From sequence record MK310182: a stretch of DNA of 39,536 bases; one strand, given 5' to 3'. A program made the position numbers and the translations under genes. The DNA comes from Escherichia phage NC-A. The notes beneath the pieces were generated by a model, which did no database searches, had not been told where the DNA came from, and saw only the letters and a program-made list of their open reading frames with translations. Shown here one piece after another: positions 29,492 to 39,378 of the stretch. How positions within the stretch are numbered: position 1 is the stretch's first letter; every line of letters starts with the position of its first letter.

Positions 29492-32400
29492 ATGGATAAG
29501 TACGATAAGAACGTACCAAGTGAATATGATGGTCTGTTCCAGAAGGCGGCTGATGCCAACGGGGTCTCTTATGACCTTTTACGTAAAGTCGCTTGGACGG
29601 AATCACGGTTTAAACCCACAGCTAAATCAAAGACTGGACCATTGGGCATGATGCAGTTCACCAAGGCAACCTCTAAGGCAATGGGACTGCGTGTTACCGA
29701 TGGGCCAGACGATGACCGACTGAATCCTGAGTTGGCTATCAACGCTGCCGCTAAGCACCTTGCGGGTCTGGTAGGCAAGTTTGATGGTGACGAACTCAAA
29801 GCTGCCCTTGCGTATAACCAAGGCGAGGGACGCTTGGGTAGTCCACAACTTGAGGCGTACTCTAAGGGAGACTTCTCGTCCATCTCTGAGGAAGGACGTA
29901 ATTATATGCGTAGCCTTCTGGATGTCGCTAAGTCTCCTATGGCTGGACAGTTGGAAGCATTCGGTGGTATCACCCCAAAGGGTAAAGGCATTCCGGCTGA
30001 CGTTGGACTAGCTGGAATCAGCCACAGTCAGAAAGTAACACAGGAACTTCCTGAGTCTACAAGTTTTGACGTTAAAGGTATCGAACAGGAGGCTCCGGCG
30101 AAACCATTCGCCAAGGACTTTTGGGAGACCCACGGAGAAACACTTGATGAGTACAACAAGCGTTCAACCTTCTTCGGATTCAAAGATGCTACCAAAGCTG
30201 TACTATCCAACTCAGTCGCTGGGATGGCTTTCCGTGCTGGTCGTCTTGATAATGGTTTTGATGTGTTTAAAGACACCATTACGCCGACTCGCTGGAACTC
30301 TCACATCTGGACTCCAGAAGAGTTAGAGAAGATTCGAACCGAGGTTAAGAACCCTGCGTACATCAATGTGGTAACTGGTGGTTCTCCTGAGAACCTTGAC
30401 GACCTCATTAAGCTGGCTAACGAGAACTTTGAGAATGACTCCCGTGCTGCCGAAGCTGGTCTAGGTGCTAAACTTAGTGCTGGCGTTATCGGCGCTGGCG
30501 TGGACCCACTCAGCTATGTTCCTATGGTCGGTGTGACTGGTAAGGGCTTTAAGCTAGTCAATAAGGCCCTTGTAGTTGGTGCCGAAAGTGCTGCACTTAA
30601 CGTTGCATCCGAAGGTCTCCGCACATCCGTAGCTGGTGGTAACGCTGACTACTCAGGTGCTGCTTTGGGTGGCTTTTTGTTTGGTGCTGGTATGTCCGCA
30701 ATCAGTGACGCTGTAGCTGCTGGACTGAAACGCAATAAGCCAGAAGTTGAGTTCGACAATGAGTTCATTGGTCCTATGATGCGAATGGAAGCCCGTGAGA
30801 CAGCACGCAACGCAAACTCTACGGACCTCTCTCGGATGAACACTGAGAACATGAAGTTTGAAGGTGAACATAACGGTATTCCTTATGAGGACTTACCGAC
30901 CGAGAAAGGTGCCGTGGTGTTACATGATGGCTCCGTTATAAGCGCAAGCAACCCAACCAACCCTAAGACTCTCAAAGAGTTCTCTGAGGTTGACCCTGAG
31001 AAGGCTGCGCGAGGAATCAAACTTGCTGGGTTCACCGAGATAGGCTTGAAGACCTTGGGGTCTGACGATGCTGACATCCGTAGAGTGGCTATCGACCTCG
31101 TTCGCTCTCCTACTGGTATGCAGTCTGGTTCCTCAGGTAAGTTCGGCGCAACAGCTTCTGACATCCACGAGAGACTTCATAGTACTGACCAGCGTACTTA
31201 TAACGACCTGTACAAAGCAATGTCTGACGCGATGAAAGACCCTGAGTTCTCCACTGGTGGTGCTAAGATGTCTCGTGAAGAGACTCGCTACACTATCTAC
31301 CGTAGAGCGGCATTGGCTATTGAGCGTCCAGAACTACAGAAGGCGCTCACTCCATCTGAGCGTATCGTAATGGACATCATTAAGCGCCACTTTGACACTA
31401 AGCGTGAACTCATGGAGAATCCAGCAATCTTCGGTAATACGAAGGCTGTAAGCATCTTCCCAGAGAGTCGTCATAAGGGAACATACGTTCCTCATGTTTA
31501 TGACCGCCACGCTAAGGCGTTGATGATTCAACGGTACGGTGCTGAAGGTTTACAGGAGGCCATCAAGAAGTCATGGCTAGCAAGTTATGTGTCAAGACCT
31601 GAAGTCAAGGCGCGAGTGGACGAGATGTTGGTAGAGCAGTTACGGGCATCTCAACCAACAGGTAAGACTGCGGGTACTACACCTAATAAGCACTCTTCTA
31701 TCGACACAGCACGTTACCAGATGAAACTGGATGATGCAGCTACACAGGCAAGTGATAAGGTATCGGAACTAAAAGACGTCCTAACAAACGCTGAGAAGCG
31801 AGTTGCGGACCGTGAAAGGAAACTCCAGAACTCCAAGGACAGACTAGCTTCTCATGAGGCTAAGCTGAGGGAGTTGGAAGAAAAACTAGCTGCTAAACCT
31901 AATAGCAAAACCATTCCTGTTAAGATTGAGAGCCGGAAGCAGATGATTGAGACCCAGAAGTCTCACGTCCGTATTAACACAGAGCGTCTCGACTACATGA
32001 AAGGACAGGCTGCTAGGGTCCAAGACAGAATCACCAAAGCCACCGCCGAAGCTGAAGCAGCAGCCTCCGCTGCCAAATGGCAGAAGACTACTGTTGACGG
32101 TGAGGGCACTACTGCTGGTGAGACTATATCAGGTAACGCACCTCAATCAGTACAAGAGGTGACTATGGATATGGTCGAGAAGTACGCTATGGACAAGGCA
32201 TATGGTATCTCCCACTCTGACAAGTTCTCCAACAGCTCCGTGATTGAAGAGAACATTGAGGGCCTAGTAGGTATTGAGAACAACTCGTTCCTTGAAGCCC
32301 GTAACTTGTTTGATTCTGACATATCTATCACAATGCCTGATGGACAACAGTTTGCGGTGAACGACCTAAGGGACTTCGATATGTTCCGCATCATGCCAGC

Positions 32401-33952
32401 GTATGACCGCCGTATTAATGGTGACATCGCCATCATGGGGTCTACTGGTAAAACCACTAAGGAACTTAAGGATGAGATTTTGGCTCTCAAAGCGAAAGCT
32501 GAGGGTGACGGGAAGAAGACTGGCGAGGTTCATGCTCTCATGGATACCGTTAAGATTCTTACTGGTCGTGCTCGACGCAATCAGGACACTGTGTGGGAAA
32601 CATCGATGCGAGCCATCAATGACCTAGGGTTCTTCGCTAAGAACGCCTATATGGGTGCTCAGAACCTTACGGAGATTGCTGGTATGTTTGCCACAGGTAA
32701 CGTGCGTGCTCTCGGTCACGGTATCCCAATTCTGCGCGATACACTTTACAAGTCTAAACCAGTTTCCGCTAAGGAACTCAAGGAACTCCATGCGTCTCTG
32801 TTCGGGAAGGAGGTGGACCAGTTGATTCGCCCTAAACGTGCTGACATTGTACAGCGCCTAAGGGAAGCGACTGATACAGGACCTGCTGTGTCGAACATCG
32901 TAGGGACCTTGAAGTATACCACACAGGAACTGGCTGCTCGCTCTCCGTGGACTAAGATGCTGAACGGAACCACTAACTACCTTCTGGATGCTGCGCGTCA
33001 AGGTATGCTTGGGGACGTTATCAGTGCTACCTTAACAGGTAAGACTACCCGCTGGGAGAAAGAGGGATTCCTTCGTGGAGCCTCCGTAACTCCTGAGCAG
33101 ATGGCTGGCATCAAGTCTCTCATCAAGGAACACATGGTCCGTGGTGAGGACGGGAAGTTTACCGTTAAGGACAAGCAAGCGTTCTCTATGGACCCACGAG
33201 CTATGGACTTATGGCGACTGGCTGACAAGGTAGCTGATGAGGCAATGCTGCGTCCGCACAAGGTGTCCTTACAGGATTCCCATGCGTTCGGAGCATTAGG
33301 TAAGATGGTTATGCAGTTTAAGTCTTTCACCATTAAATCCCTTAACTCTAAGTTCGTGAGGACCTTCTATGATGGCTACAAGAACAACCGAGCCATTGAC
33401 GCTGCGCTGACTAGTATCATCTCTATGGGTCTCGCTGGCGGTTACTACGCTATGGCTGCACACGTCAAAGCGTATGGAATGCCTAAGGAGCAACGTAAAG
33501 AATACTTGGAGCGCGCATTGGACCCAAAAATGATTGCCCACGCTTCGTTGTCTCGTAGTTCTCAATTGGGTGCGCCTTTGGCTATGGCTGACCTAGTTGG
33601 TGGTATCTTAGGGGTCGAGTCCTCCAAGATGGTTCGCTCCACGATTCTACCTAAGGACACCATGAAGGAACGTGACCCAAACAAACCGTACACCTCAAGA
33701 GAGGTAATGGGGGCTATGGGTTCTAACCTTCTGGAGCAGATGCCTTCCGCTGGCTTTGTGGCTAACGTAGGGGCCTCCCTAATGAATGCTGCTGGTGTTG
33801 TTAACTCGCCTAACAAGGCAACCGAGCAGGACTTCATGACTGGCTTAATGAACTCGACCAAAGAGTTAGTGCCTAACGACCCTCTGACTCAACAGCTTGT
33901 GTTGAAGATTTATGAGGCGAATGGTGTCAACTTGAAGGAGCGTCGGAAATAA
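29492..33952 (+). CDS. 16: Gene 16 internal virion protein D with N-terminal lytic transglycosylase domain (1486 aa)
   Basis: N-terminus MDKYDKNVPSEYDGLFQKAADANGVSYDLLRKVAWTESRF (SLT motif); rest collinear with T7 gp16 apart from an extra internal segment. Confidence 0.97.
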   Translation: MDKYDKNVPSEYDGLFQKAADANGVSYDLLRKVAWTESRFKPTAKSKTGPLGMMQFTKATSKAMGLRVTDGPDDDRLNPELAINAAAKHLAGLVGKFDGDELKAALAYNQGEGRLGSPQLEAYSKGDFSSISEEGRNYMRSLLDVAKSPMAGQLEAFGGITPKGKGIPADVGLAGISHSQKVTQELPESTSFDVKGIEQEAPAKPFAKDFWETHGETLDEYNKRSTFFGFKDATKAVLSNSVAGMAFRAGRLDNGFDVFKDTITPTRWNSHIWTPEELEKIRTEVKNPAYINVVTGGSPENLDDLIKLANENFENDSRAAEAGLGAKLSAGVIGAGVDPLSYVPMVGVTGKGFKLVNKALVVGAESAALNVASEGLRTSVAGGNADYSGAALGGFLFGAGMSAISDAVAAGLKRNKPEVEFDNEFIGPMMRMEARETARNANSTDLSRMNTENMKFEGEHNGIPYEDLPTEKGAVVLHDGSVISASNPTNPKTLKEFSEVDPEKAARGIKLAGFTEIGLKTLGSDDADIRRVAIDLVRSPTGMQSGSSGKFGATASDIHERLHSTDQRTYNDLYKAMSDAMKDPEFSTGGAKMSREETRYTIYRRAALAIERPELQKALTPSERIVMDIIKRHFDTKRELMENPAIFGNTKAVSIFPESRHKGTYVPHVYDRHAKALMIQRYGAEGLQEAIKKSWLASYVSRPEVKARVDEMLVEQLRASQPTGKTAGTTPNKHSSIDTARYQMKLDDAATQASDKVSELKDVLTNAEKRVADRERKLQNSKDRLASHEAKLRELEEKLAAKPNSKTIPVKIESRKQMIETQKSHVRINTERLDYMKGQAARVQDRITKATAEAEAAASAAKWQKTTVDGEGTTAGETISGNAPQSVQEVTMDMVEKYAMDKAYGISHSDKFSNSSVIEENIEGLVGIENNSFLEARNLFDSDISITMPDGQQFAVNDLRDFDMFRIMPAYDRRINGDIAIMGSTGKTTKELKDEILALKAKAEGDGKKTGEVHALMDTVKILTGRARRNQDTVWETSMRAINDLGFFAKNAYMGAQNLTEIAGMFATGNVRALGHGIPILRDTLYKSKPVSAKELKELHASLFGKEVDQLIRPKRADIVQRLREATDTGPAVSNIVGTLKYTTQELAARSPWTKMLNGTTNYLLDAARQGMLGDVISATLTGKTTRWEKEGFLRGASVTPEQMAGIKSLIKEHMVRGEDGKFTVKDKQAFSMDPRAMDLWRLADKVADEAMLRPHKVSLQDSHAFGALGKMVMQFKSFTIKSLNSKFVRTFYDGYKNNRAIDAALTSIISMGLAGGYYAMAAHVKAYGMPKEQRKEYLERALDPKMIAHASLSRSSQLGAPLAMADLVGGILGVESSKMVRSTILPKDTMKERDPNKPYTSREVMGAMGSNLLEQMPSAGFVANVGASLMNAAGVVNSPNKATEQDFMTGLMNSTKELVPNDPLTQQLVLKIYEANGVNLKERRK

Positions 33953-33972
33953 TACGACTCACTATAGGGAGA
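33950..33972 (+). promoter_or_regulatory. T7 promoter phi17
   Basis: TAATACGACTCACTATAGGGAGA, overlaps gene 16 stop. Confidence 0.95.
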
Positions 33973-34024
33973 GGCGAAATAATCTTCTCCCTGTAGTCTC
34001 TTAGATTTACTTTAAGGAGGTCAA

Positions 34025-35899
34025 ATGGCTAACGTAATTAAAACCGTTTTGACTTACCAGTTAGATGGCTCCAATCGTGATTTTAATATCCCGTTTGAGT
34101 ATCTAGCCCGTAAGTTCGTAGTGGTAACTCTTATTGGCGTAGACCGCAAGGTCCTTATGATTAATACAGACTACCGTTTTGCTACGCGTACTACCATCTC
34201 ACTGACTAAGGCTTGGGGGCCAGCGGACGGGTACACTACCATCGAGTTGCGCCGAGTAACCTCCACGACCGACAGATTGGTTGACTTTACGGATGGTTCA
34301 ATCCTCCGTGCGTATGACCTTAACGTGGCTCAGATTCAGACGGTGCATGTAGCGGAAGAGGCCCGTGACCTGACTGCGGATACCATTGGTGTCAATAACG
34401 ATGGTCACTTGGATGCCCGTGGTCGTCGTATCGTCAACCTAGCGAACGCTGTGGATGACCGTGATGCTGTTCCATTTGGTCAACTTAAGGCCATGAATCA
34501 GAACTCGTGGCAGGCACGTAACGAAGCCTTACAGTTCCGCAATGAGGCTGAGACTTTCCGTAACCAAGCGGAGGGCTTTAAGAACGAGTCCGGCACGAAC
34601 GCTACGAATACCTATAAGTGGCGTAATGAGGCTGAGGGATTCCGTAATGAGGCTGAGCAGTTCAAGAATACTGCGACACAACAGGCTACCGCTGCTGGCG
34701 GCTCTGCGGCTGCTGCTCGCCAATCTGAGGTGAACGCTGCTGCCTCCGCTGCTGCTTCCGCTAACTCTGCTACTTTGGCAGAACAGCAAGCAGACCGTGC
34801 GGAACGTGAGGCGGATAAGTTGGGTAACTGGAATGCGCTTGCAGGAGCCATTGAGGGCGTTAATGAGAACGATGTAACGTTCAAAGGAGATATTAAAACC
34901 CCAATGGATGTTGAAGCTGGTGGACTGATATCCACTGGAGCAGGTCATATTACGAAGGGCTTAAGTGTTGGTGAGGCACTTGATGTTAAAGGGGTTACGG
35001 CTCTCCATAAGGATGTGTGGGTAGATGGTGTAGTTGTTGCCAATGGTGGCATACAACAACAATCAGCACCGAACACTTATAACGATATATGGAGGATGTT
35101 TATTAAAGGTGTACCAGCACACATCGGAAACCGACAAGGCCTTCACATAGGTTGGAACGAGACCAGCAATGGGGAGTCTGACTTTGTGACTAACAAAGGT
35201 GCAGGTGGTGGTGGTTTTGTTTTTCGCACGGTAAACTTTGAGAACTCTGCTGAGATAGGTCGCGTTACATTTATGGGTAACGGTGCAGTACGCGCCTTCG
35301 ATTTTCAGGCTGTTAATGGTGCTCGTATTGAGGCTGGAAATAATATAATTGGTGCAAGTATTTTCTCAGGAATGGGTAGCTGTCAATTTGATACTATGGG
35401 CAACTTACTTGGTGGTCTATGGAACAACGTTGGTGGTGATTTATATAACTACCTACAGAACAAGGCACACTTCGCTAAGCCGCCTGGAGGTGTTCAATTA
35501 TTTACCGCACGCGGTGTTGACTACCTTGAGGGCCTTGTGGATAACACAGCGGTTGGTTTCCGGTGGTTCCTGTCAGACAGAAGGCTTAAGGAAAACATAA
35601 AGGTTGTACGCTCCGCTGACGATATGCTTAATATTATCCGCTCGTACATCCCAGTTTCCTATAAGTATAAGGACTCTGAGTACACCGATAATCGTGGAAG
35701 AACCGTTACTGTTACTGGTAAGAAGTCTCGTGCAGGCTTCATTACTCAGGACCTGATCAGAATCTGGCCAGAAGCGGTAGATGTGTTGTCTGACGGAATG
35801 CAATCCCCAGACCCTAACCAAATCATCGGTGGGCTAATGCTGCTCGTTAAGAACCTAGATGAGCGGGTTCAGGAGCTAGAGAAGAAGAATAACGTTTAA
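34025..35899 (+). CDS. 17: Gene 17 tail fibre protein, chimeric (624 aa)
   Basis: Residues 1 to about 285 match T7 gp17 (MANVIKTVLTYQLDGSNRDFNIPFEYLARKF... and FRNEAE repeats); the C-terminal part is unrelated to T7 and ends in an intramolecular-chaperone-like domain. Confidence 0.95.
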   Translation: MANVIKTVLTYQLDGSNRDFNIPFEYLARKFVVVTLIGVDRKVLMINTDYRFATRTTISLTKAWGPADGYTTIELRRVTSTTDRLVDFTDGSILRAYDLNVAQIQTVHVAEEARDLTADTIGVNNDGHLDARGRRIVNLANAVDDRDAVPFGQLKAMNQNSWQARNEALQFRNEAETFRNQAEGFKNESGTNATNTYKWRNEAEGFRNEAEQFKNTATQQATAAGGSAAAARQSEVNAAASAAASANSATLAEQQADRAEREADKLGNWNALAGAIEGVNENDVTFKGDIKTPMDVEAGGLISTGAGHITKGLSVGEALDVKGVTALHKDVWVDGVVVANGGIQQQSAPNTYNDIWRMFIKGVPAHIGNRQGLHIGWNETSNGESDFVTNKGAGGGGFVFRTVNFENSAEIGRVTFMGNGAVRAFDFQAVNGARIEAGNNIIGASIFSGMGSCQFDTMGNLLGGLWNNVGGDLYNYLQNKAHFAKPPGGVQLFTARGVDYLEGLVDNTAVGFRWFLSDRRLKENIKVVRSADDMLNIIRSYIPVSYKYKDSEYTDNRGRTVTVTGKKSRAGFITQDLIRIWPEAVDVLSDGMQSPDPNQIIGGLMLLVKNLDERVQELEKKNNV

Positions 35900-35947
35900 G
35901 GATGACACCAGATTGAGACCAAGGAGGGTCTTTAATAAGGAGGAGAC

Positions 35948-36151
35948 ATGCTGTCTTTGGACTTCAATAATGAGTTAGTCAAGGCTGCACCTATTGTTGG
36001 CACTGGTGTGGCTGATGGCGCTGCGAGGCTTTTCTTTGGGCTGAGTCTTAATGAGTGGTTCTATGTTGCTGCTATCGCCTACACAGTGGTTCAGATTGGT
36101 GCCAAGGTAGTCGATAAGATGATTGACTGGAAGAAAGCCAATAAGGAGTGA
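35948..36151 (+). CDS. 17.5: Gene 17.5 class II holin (67 aa)
   Basis: MLSLDFNNELVKAAPIVGTGVADGAARLFFGLSLNEWFYVAAIAYTVVQIGAKVVDKMIDWKKANKE. Confidence 0.95.
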   Translation: MLSLDFNNELVKAAPIVGTGVADGAARLFFGLSLNEWFYVAAIAYTVVQIGAKVVDKMIDWKKANKE

Positions 36152-36156
36152 TGCGT

Positions 36157-36426
36157 ATGGAAAAGGATAAGAGCCTTATTACGTTCTTAGAGATGTTGGA
36201 CACTGCGATGGCACAGCATATGCTTGCGGACCTTTCGGACCCTGAGCGTCGTTCTCCACAACTCTATAACGCCATCAACAAACTGTTAGACCGTCATAAG
36301 TTCCAGATTGGTAAGCTGCAACCTGATGAACACATCTTGGGTGGCCTTGCTGGTGCTCTGGACGAGTACAAGTCTAAAGTTGGAGACGATGGTCTCACTG
36401 ATGACGACATTTACACTTTACAGTGA
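36157..36426 (+). CDS. 18: Gene 18 terminase small subunit (89 aa)
   Basis: MEKDKSLITFLEMLDTAMAQHMLADLSDPERRSPQLYNAINKLL...; SD AAGGAG 7 nt upstream. Confidence 0.93.
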   Translation: MEKDKSLITFLEMLDTAMAQHMLADLSDPERRSPQLYNAINKLLDRHKFQIGKLQPDEHILGGLAGALDEYKSKVGDDGLTDDDIYTLQ

Positions 36427-36468
36427 TATACTCAAGGCCACTATATGTAGTGGTCTTTATGGATGTCA
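36427..36468 (+). promoter_or_regulatory. RNase III site R18.5
   Basis: TATACTCAAGGCCACTATATGTAGTGGTCTTTATGGATGTC. Confidence 0.6.
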
Positions 36469-36520
36469 TTGTCTATACGAGATGCTCCTACGTGAAATCT
36501 GAAAGTTAACGGGAGGCATT

Positions 36521-36964
36521 ATGCTGGAATTTTTACGTAAGCTGGTCCCTTGGGTTCTCGCTGGGATGCTATTCGGATGGGGATGGCAACTTGGGGCTGA
36601 CTCAATGGACGCTAAGTGGAAGCAGGAGGTACAGAATGAGTACGTTAAGAGAGTTGAGGCTACAGCGAGCACTCAAAGAGCAATCAATGAAATATCGGCT
36701 AAGTATCAAGCAGACCTTGCCGCGCTGGAAGGGAGCACTGATAGGATTATTTCTGATTTGCGTAGCGACAATAAGCGGTTGCGCGTCAGAGTCAAAACTG
36801 CCGGAACCTCCGATGGTCAGTGTGGATTCGAGCCTGATGGTCGAGCCGAACTTGACGAGCGAGATGCTAAGCGTATTCTCGCAGTAACCCAAAAGGGTGA
36901 CGCATGGATTCGTGCGTTACAGGATACTATTCGTGAACTGCAACGTAAGCAGGAAACCAAGTAA
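36521..36964 (+). CDS. 18.5: Gene 18.5 inner-membrane spanin, Rz-like (147 aa)
   Basis: N-terminal transmembrane segment LVPWVLAGMLFGWGW followed by coiled coil. Confidence 0.92.
   Translation: MLEFLRKLVPWVLAGMLFGWGWQLGADSMDAKWKQEVQNEYVKRVEATASTQRAINEISAKYQADLAALEGSTDRIISDLRSDNKRLRVRVKTAGTSDGQCGFEPDGRAELDERDAKRILAVTQKGDAWIRALQDTIRELQRKQETK
36636..36887 (+). CDS. 18.7: Gene 18.7 outer-membrane lipoprotein spanin, Rz1-like, embedded in 18.5 in another frame (83 aa)
   Basis: MSTLRELRLQRALKEQSMKYRLSIKQTLPRWKGALIGLFLICVATISGCASESKLPEPP; lipobox ISGC, Pro-rich. Confidence 0.85.
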   Translation: MSTLRELRLQRALKEQSMKYRLSIKQTLPRWKGALIGLFLICVATISGCASESKLPEPPMVSVDSSLMVEPNLTSEMLSVFSQ

Positions 36965-36973
36965 GGAGGTAAT

Positions 36974-38734
36974 GTGTCTACTCAAGCAAATCGTAATGCG
37001 CTCGTTGTGGCGCAACTAAAGGGCGACTTCGTGGCGTTCCTGTTCGTATTGTGGAAGGCTCTTGCTCTCCCACCGCCGACTAAGTGTCAAATTGACATGG
37101 CCCGATGTTTAGCTAACGGAGACAACAAGAAGTTCATCCTACAGGCTTTCCGTGGTATCGGTAAGTCATTCATCACCTGTGCGTTCGTTGTGTGGTCCTT
37201 ATGGAGAGACCCTCAGTTGAAGATACTTATTGTATCAGCCTCTAAGGAACGTGCGGACGCTAACTCCATCTTCATCAAGAACATCATTGACCTGCTCCCT
37301 TTCCTTGCTGAGTTGAAGCCGAGACCGGGACAGCGTGACTCTGTGATTAGTTTCGACGTAGGCCCAGCTAAGCCCGACCACTCTCCTAGTGTGAAATCAG
37401 TAGGTATCACTGGTCAGTTAACTGGTAGCCGTGCTGACATTATCATTGCGGATGACGTTGAGATTCCATCTAACAGTGCGACTATGGGTGCCCGTGAGAA
37501 GCTATGGACTCTCGTTCAGGAGTTCGCTGCGTTACTTAAACCGCTGCCCACTTCTCGCGTTATCTACCTTGGCACACCTCAGACTGAGGTGACCCTCTAT
37601 AAGGAACTTGAGGATAACCGTGGGTACTCCACTATCATCTGGCCTGCTCTGTACCCAAGGACTCACGAAGAGAACCTCTACTACTCTCAACGTCTGGCAC
37701 CAATGCTGCGTGCTGAGTACGAGGAGAACCCTGAGATTCTTGCTGGGACTCCTACAGACCCTGTTCGATTCGACCGTGATGACCTTCGGGAGCGTGAGTT
37801 GGAATACGGTAAGGCTGGCTTTACGCTACAGTTCATGCTTAACCCTAACCTGAGTGATGCCGAGAAGTATCCTCTGAGGCTCCGTGACGCTATCGTAGCG
37901 GCCTTAGACTTAGAGAAGGCCCCAATGCATTACCAGTGGCTTCCGAACCGTCAGAACATCATTGAGGACCTTCCTAACGTTGGCCTTAAGGGTGATGACC
38001 TTCACACGTACCATGATTGTTCCAACAACTCAGGTCAGTACCAACAGAAGATTCTGGTCATTGACCCCAGTGGTCGTGGTAAGGACGAAACAGGCTACGC
38101 TGTGCTGTACACTCTGAACGGTTACATCTACCTTATGGAAGCTGGTGGTTTCCGTGATGGCTACTCTGATAAGACCATTGAGTTACTCGCTAAGAAGGCC
38201 AAGCAGTGGGGAGTCCAGACGGTTGTCTACGAGAGTAACTTCGGTGACGGTATGTTTGGTAAGGTATTCAGTCCTATCCTTCTTAAACACCACAACTGTG
38301 TGATGGAAGAGATTCGTGCTCGTGGTATGAAGGAGATGCGTATTTGTGATACCCTTGAGCCAGTCATGCAGACTCACCGCCTTGTCATTCGTGATGAGGT
38401 AATTAGGGCCGACTACCAGTCCGCTCGTGACGTAGACGGTAAGCATGACGTTAAGTACTCACTGTTCTATCAGATGACTCGTATCACTCGTGAGAAAGGC
38501 GCTCTGGCACACGATGACCGATTGGATGCCCTTGCGTTAGGCATTGAGTATCTCCGTGAGTCCATGCAGTTGGATTCCATTAAGGTCGAAGGTGAAGTGC
38601 TTGCTGACTTCCTTGAGGAACACATGATGCGACCGACGGTAGCCGCTACACACATCATTGAGATGTCCGTTGGAGGCGTTGATGTGTACTCTGAGGACGA
38701 TGAGGGTTACGGTACGTCTTTCATTGAGTGGTGA
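36974..38734 (+). CDS. 19: Gene 19 terminase large subunit (586 aa), GTG start
   Basis: (M)[29 protein letters not shown]...; ATPase and nuclease motifs; same length as T7 gp19. Confidence 0.97.
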   Translation: MSTQANRNALVVAQLKGDFVAFLFVLWKALALPPPTKCQIDMARCLANGDNKKFILQAFRGIGKSFITCAFVVWSLWRDPQLKILIVSASKERADANSIFIKNIIDLLPFLAELKPRPGQRDSVISFDVGPAKPDHSPSVKSVGITGQLTGSRADIIIADDVEIPSNSATMGAREKLWTLVQEFAALLKPLPTSRVIYLGTPQTEVTLYKELEDNRGYSTIIWPALYPRTHEENLYYSQRLAPMLRAEYEENPEILAGTPTDPVRFDRDDLRERELEYGKAGFTLQFMLNPNLSDAEKYPLRLRDAIVAALDLEKAPMHYQWLPNRQNIIEDLPNVGLKGDDLHTYHDCSNNSGQYQQKILVIDPSGRGKDETGYAVLYTLNGYIYLMEAGGFRDGYSDKTIELLAKKAKQWGVQTVVYESNFGDGMFGKVFSPILLKHHNCVMEEIRARGMKEMRICDTLEPVMQTHRLVIRDEVIRADYQSARDVDGKHDVKYSLFYQMTRITREKGALAHDDRLDALALGIEYLRESMQLDSIKVEGEVLADFLEEHMMRPTVAATHIIEMSVGGVDVYSEDDEGYGTSFIEW

Positions 38735-38813
38735 TTTATGCATTAAGAGTGAATATGGATTCATTAGAGACCACGGAGGGTCACTTTTTAAGTTGCTGAA
38801 TCTAAAGGGAAAT

Positions 38814-38836
38814 CAATTCGACTCACTATAGGGAGA
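38814..38836 (+). promoter_or_regulatory. T7 promoter phiOR
   Basis: AATCAATTCGACTCACTATAGGGAGAG. Confidence 0.85.
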
Positions 38837-38989
38837 GGAGGGACGAAAGGTTACTATATAGATACTGAATGAATACTTATAGAGTGCATAAAGTATGCAT
38901 AGTAGTGTACCTAAAGTGACCTCTAAGAATGGTGATTATATTGTATTAATATCACCTTAACTTAAAGACCAACATAAAGGAGGAGACTC

Positions 38990-39139
38990 ATGTTCCGCTT
39001 ATTGTTGAACCTATTGCGGCATAGAGTCACCTACCGCTTTCTTATGGTACTTTGTGCTGCCCTTGGTTACGCAGTTATTAATGGAGACCTCAGTTCATTG
39101 GAGTCTACCGTTTGCTCTTTACTTACTTGTGTTGATTAA
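38990..39139 (+). CDS. 19.5: Gene 19.5 small hydrophobic protein (49 aa)
   Basis: MFRLLLNLLRHRVTYRFLMVLCAALGYAVINGDLSSLESTVCSLLTCVD; SD AAGGAGGAG upstream; not in track because under 60 aa. Confidence 0.7.
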   Translation: MFRLLLNLLRHRVTYRFLMVLCAALGYAVINGDLSSLESTVCSLLTCVD

Positions 39140-39224
39140 GGTCTTCATCACAGACTGATGGTTCACCGAGGGATTCAGCGGTATGATTGCATCACACCAC
39201 TTCATCCCTATAGAGTCAAGTCCT

Positions 39225-39300
39225 AAAGTATACCCATAAAGAGCCTCTAATGGTCTATCCTAAGGTCTATACCTAAAGATAGGCCAGTCTATTAGTGTTA
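39225..39300. repeat. CCTAAAG-type heptamer repeats next to the right terminal repeat
   Basis: GTCCTAAAGTATACCCATAAAGAGCC...CCTAAGG...ACCTAAAGATAGG. Confidence 0.7.
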
Positions 39301-39378
39301 CTTCAAGAGTGTCTTAGAGAGGGCCTGAGGAGTTCCTAGAGGGTCCTTTAAAATATACCATAAAAATCTGAGTGACTA

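Noticed and set aside
36308-36502. 64-aa ORF across the gene 18 end and the R18.5 hairpin
   Set aside because: Overlaps gene 18 in another frame and runs through the RNase III hairpin; no SD; likely spurious.
36972-36974. ATG at 36972 as the gene 19 start
   Set aside because: It is out of frame with the terminase ORF; the in-frame start is GTG 36974, giving the expected [18 protein letters not shown]-terminus.
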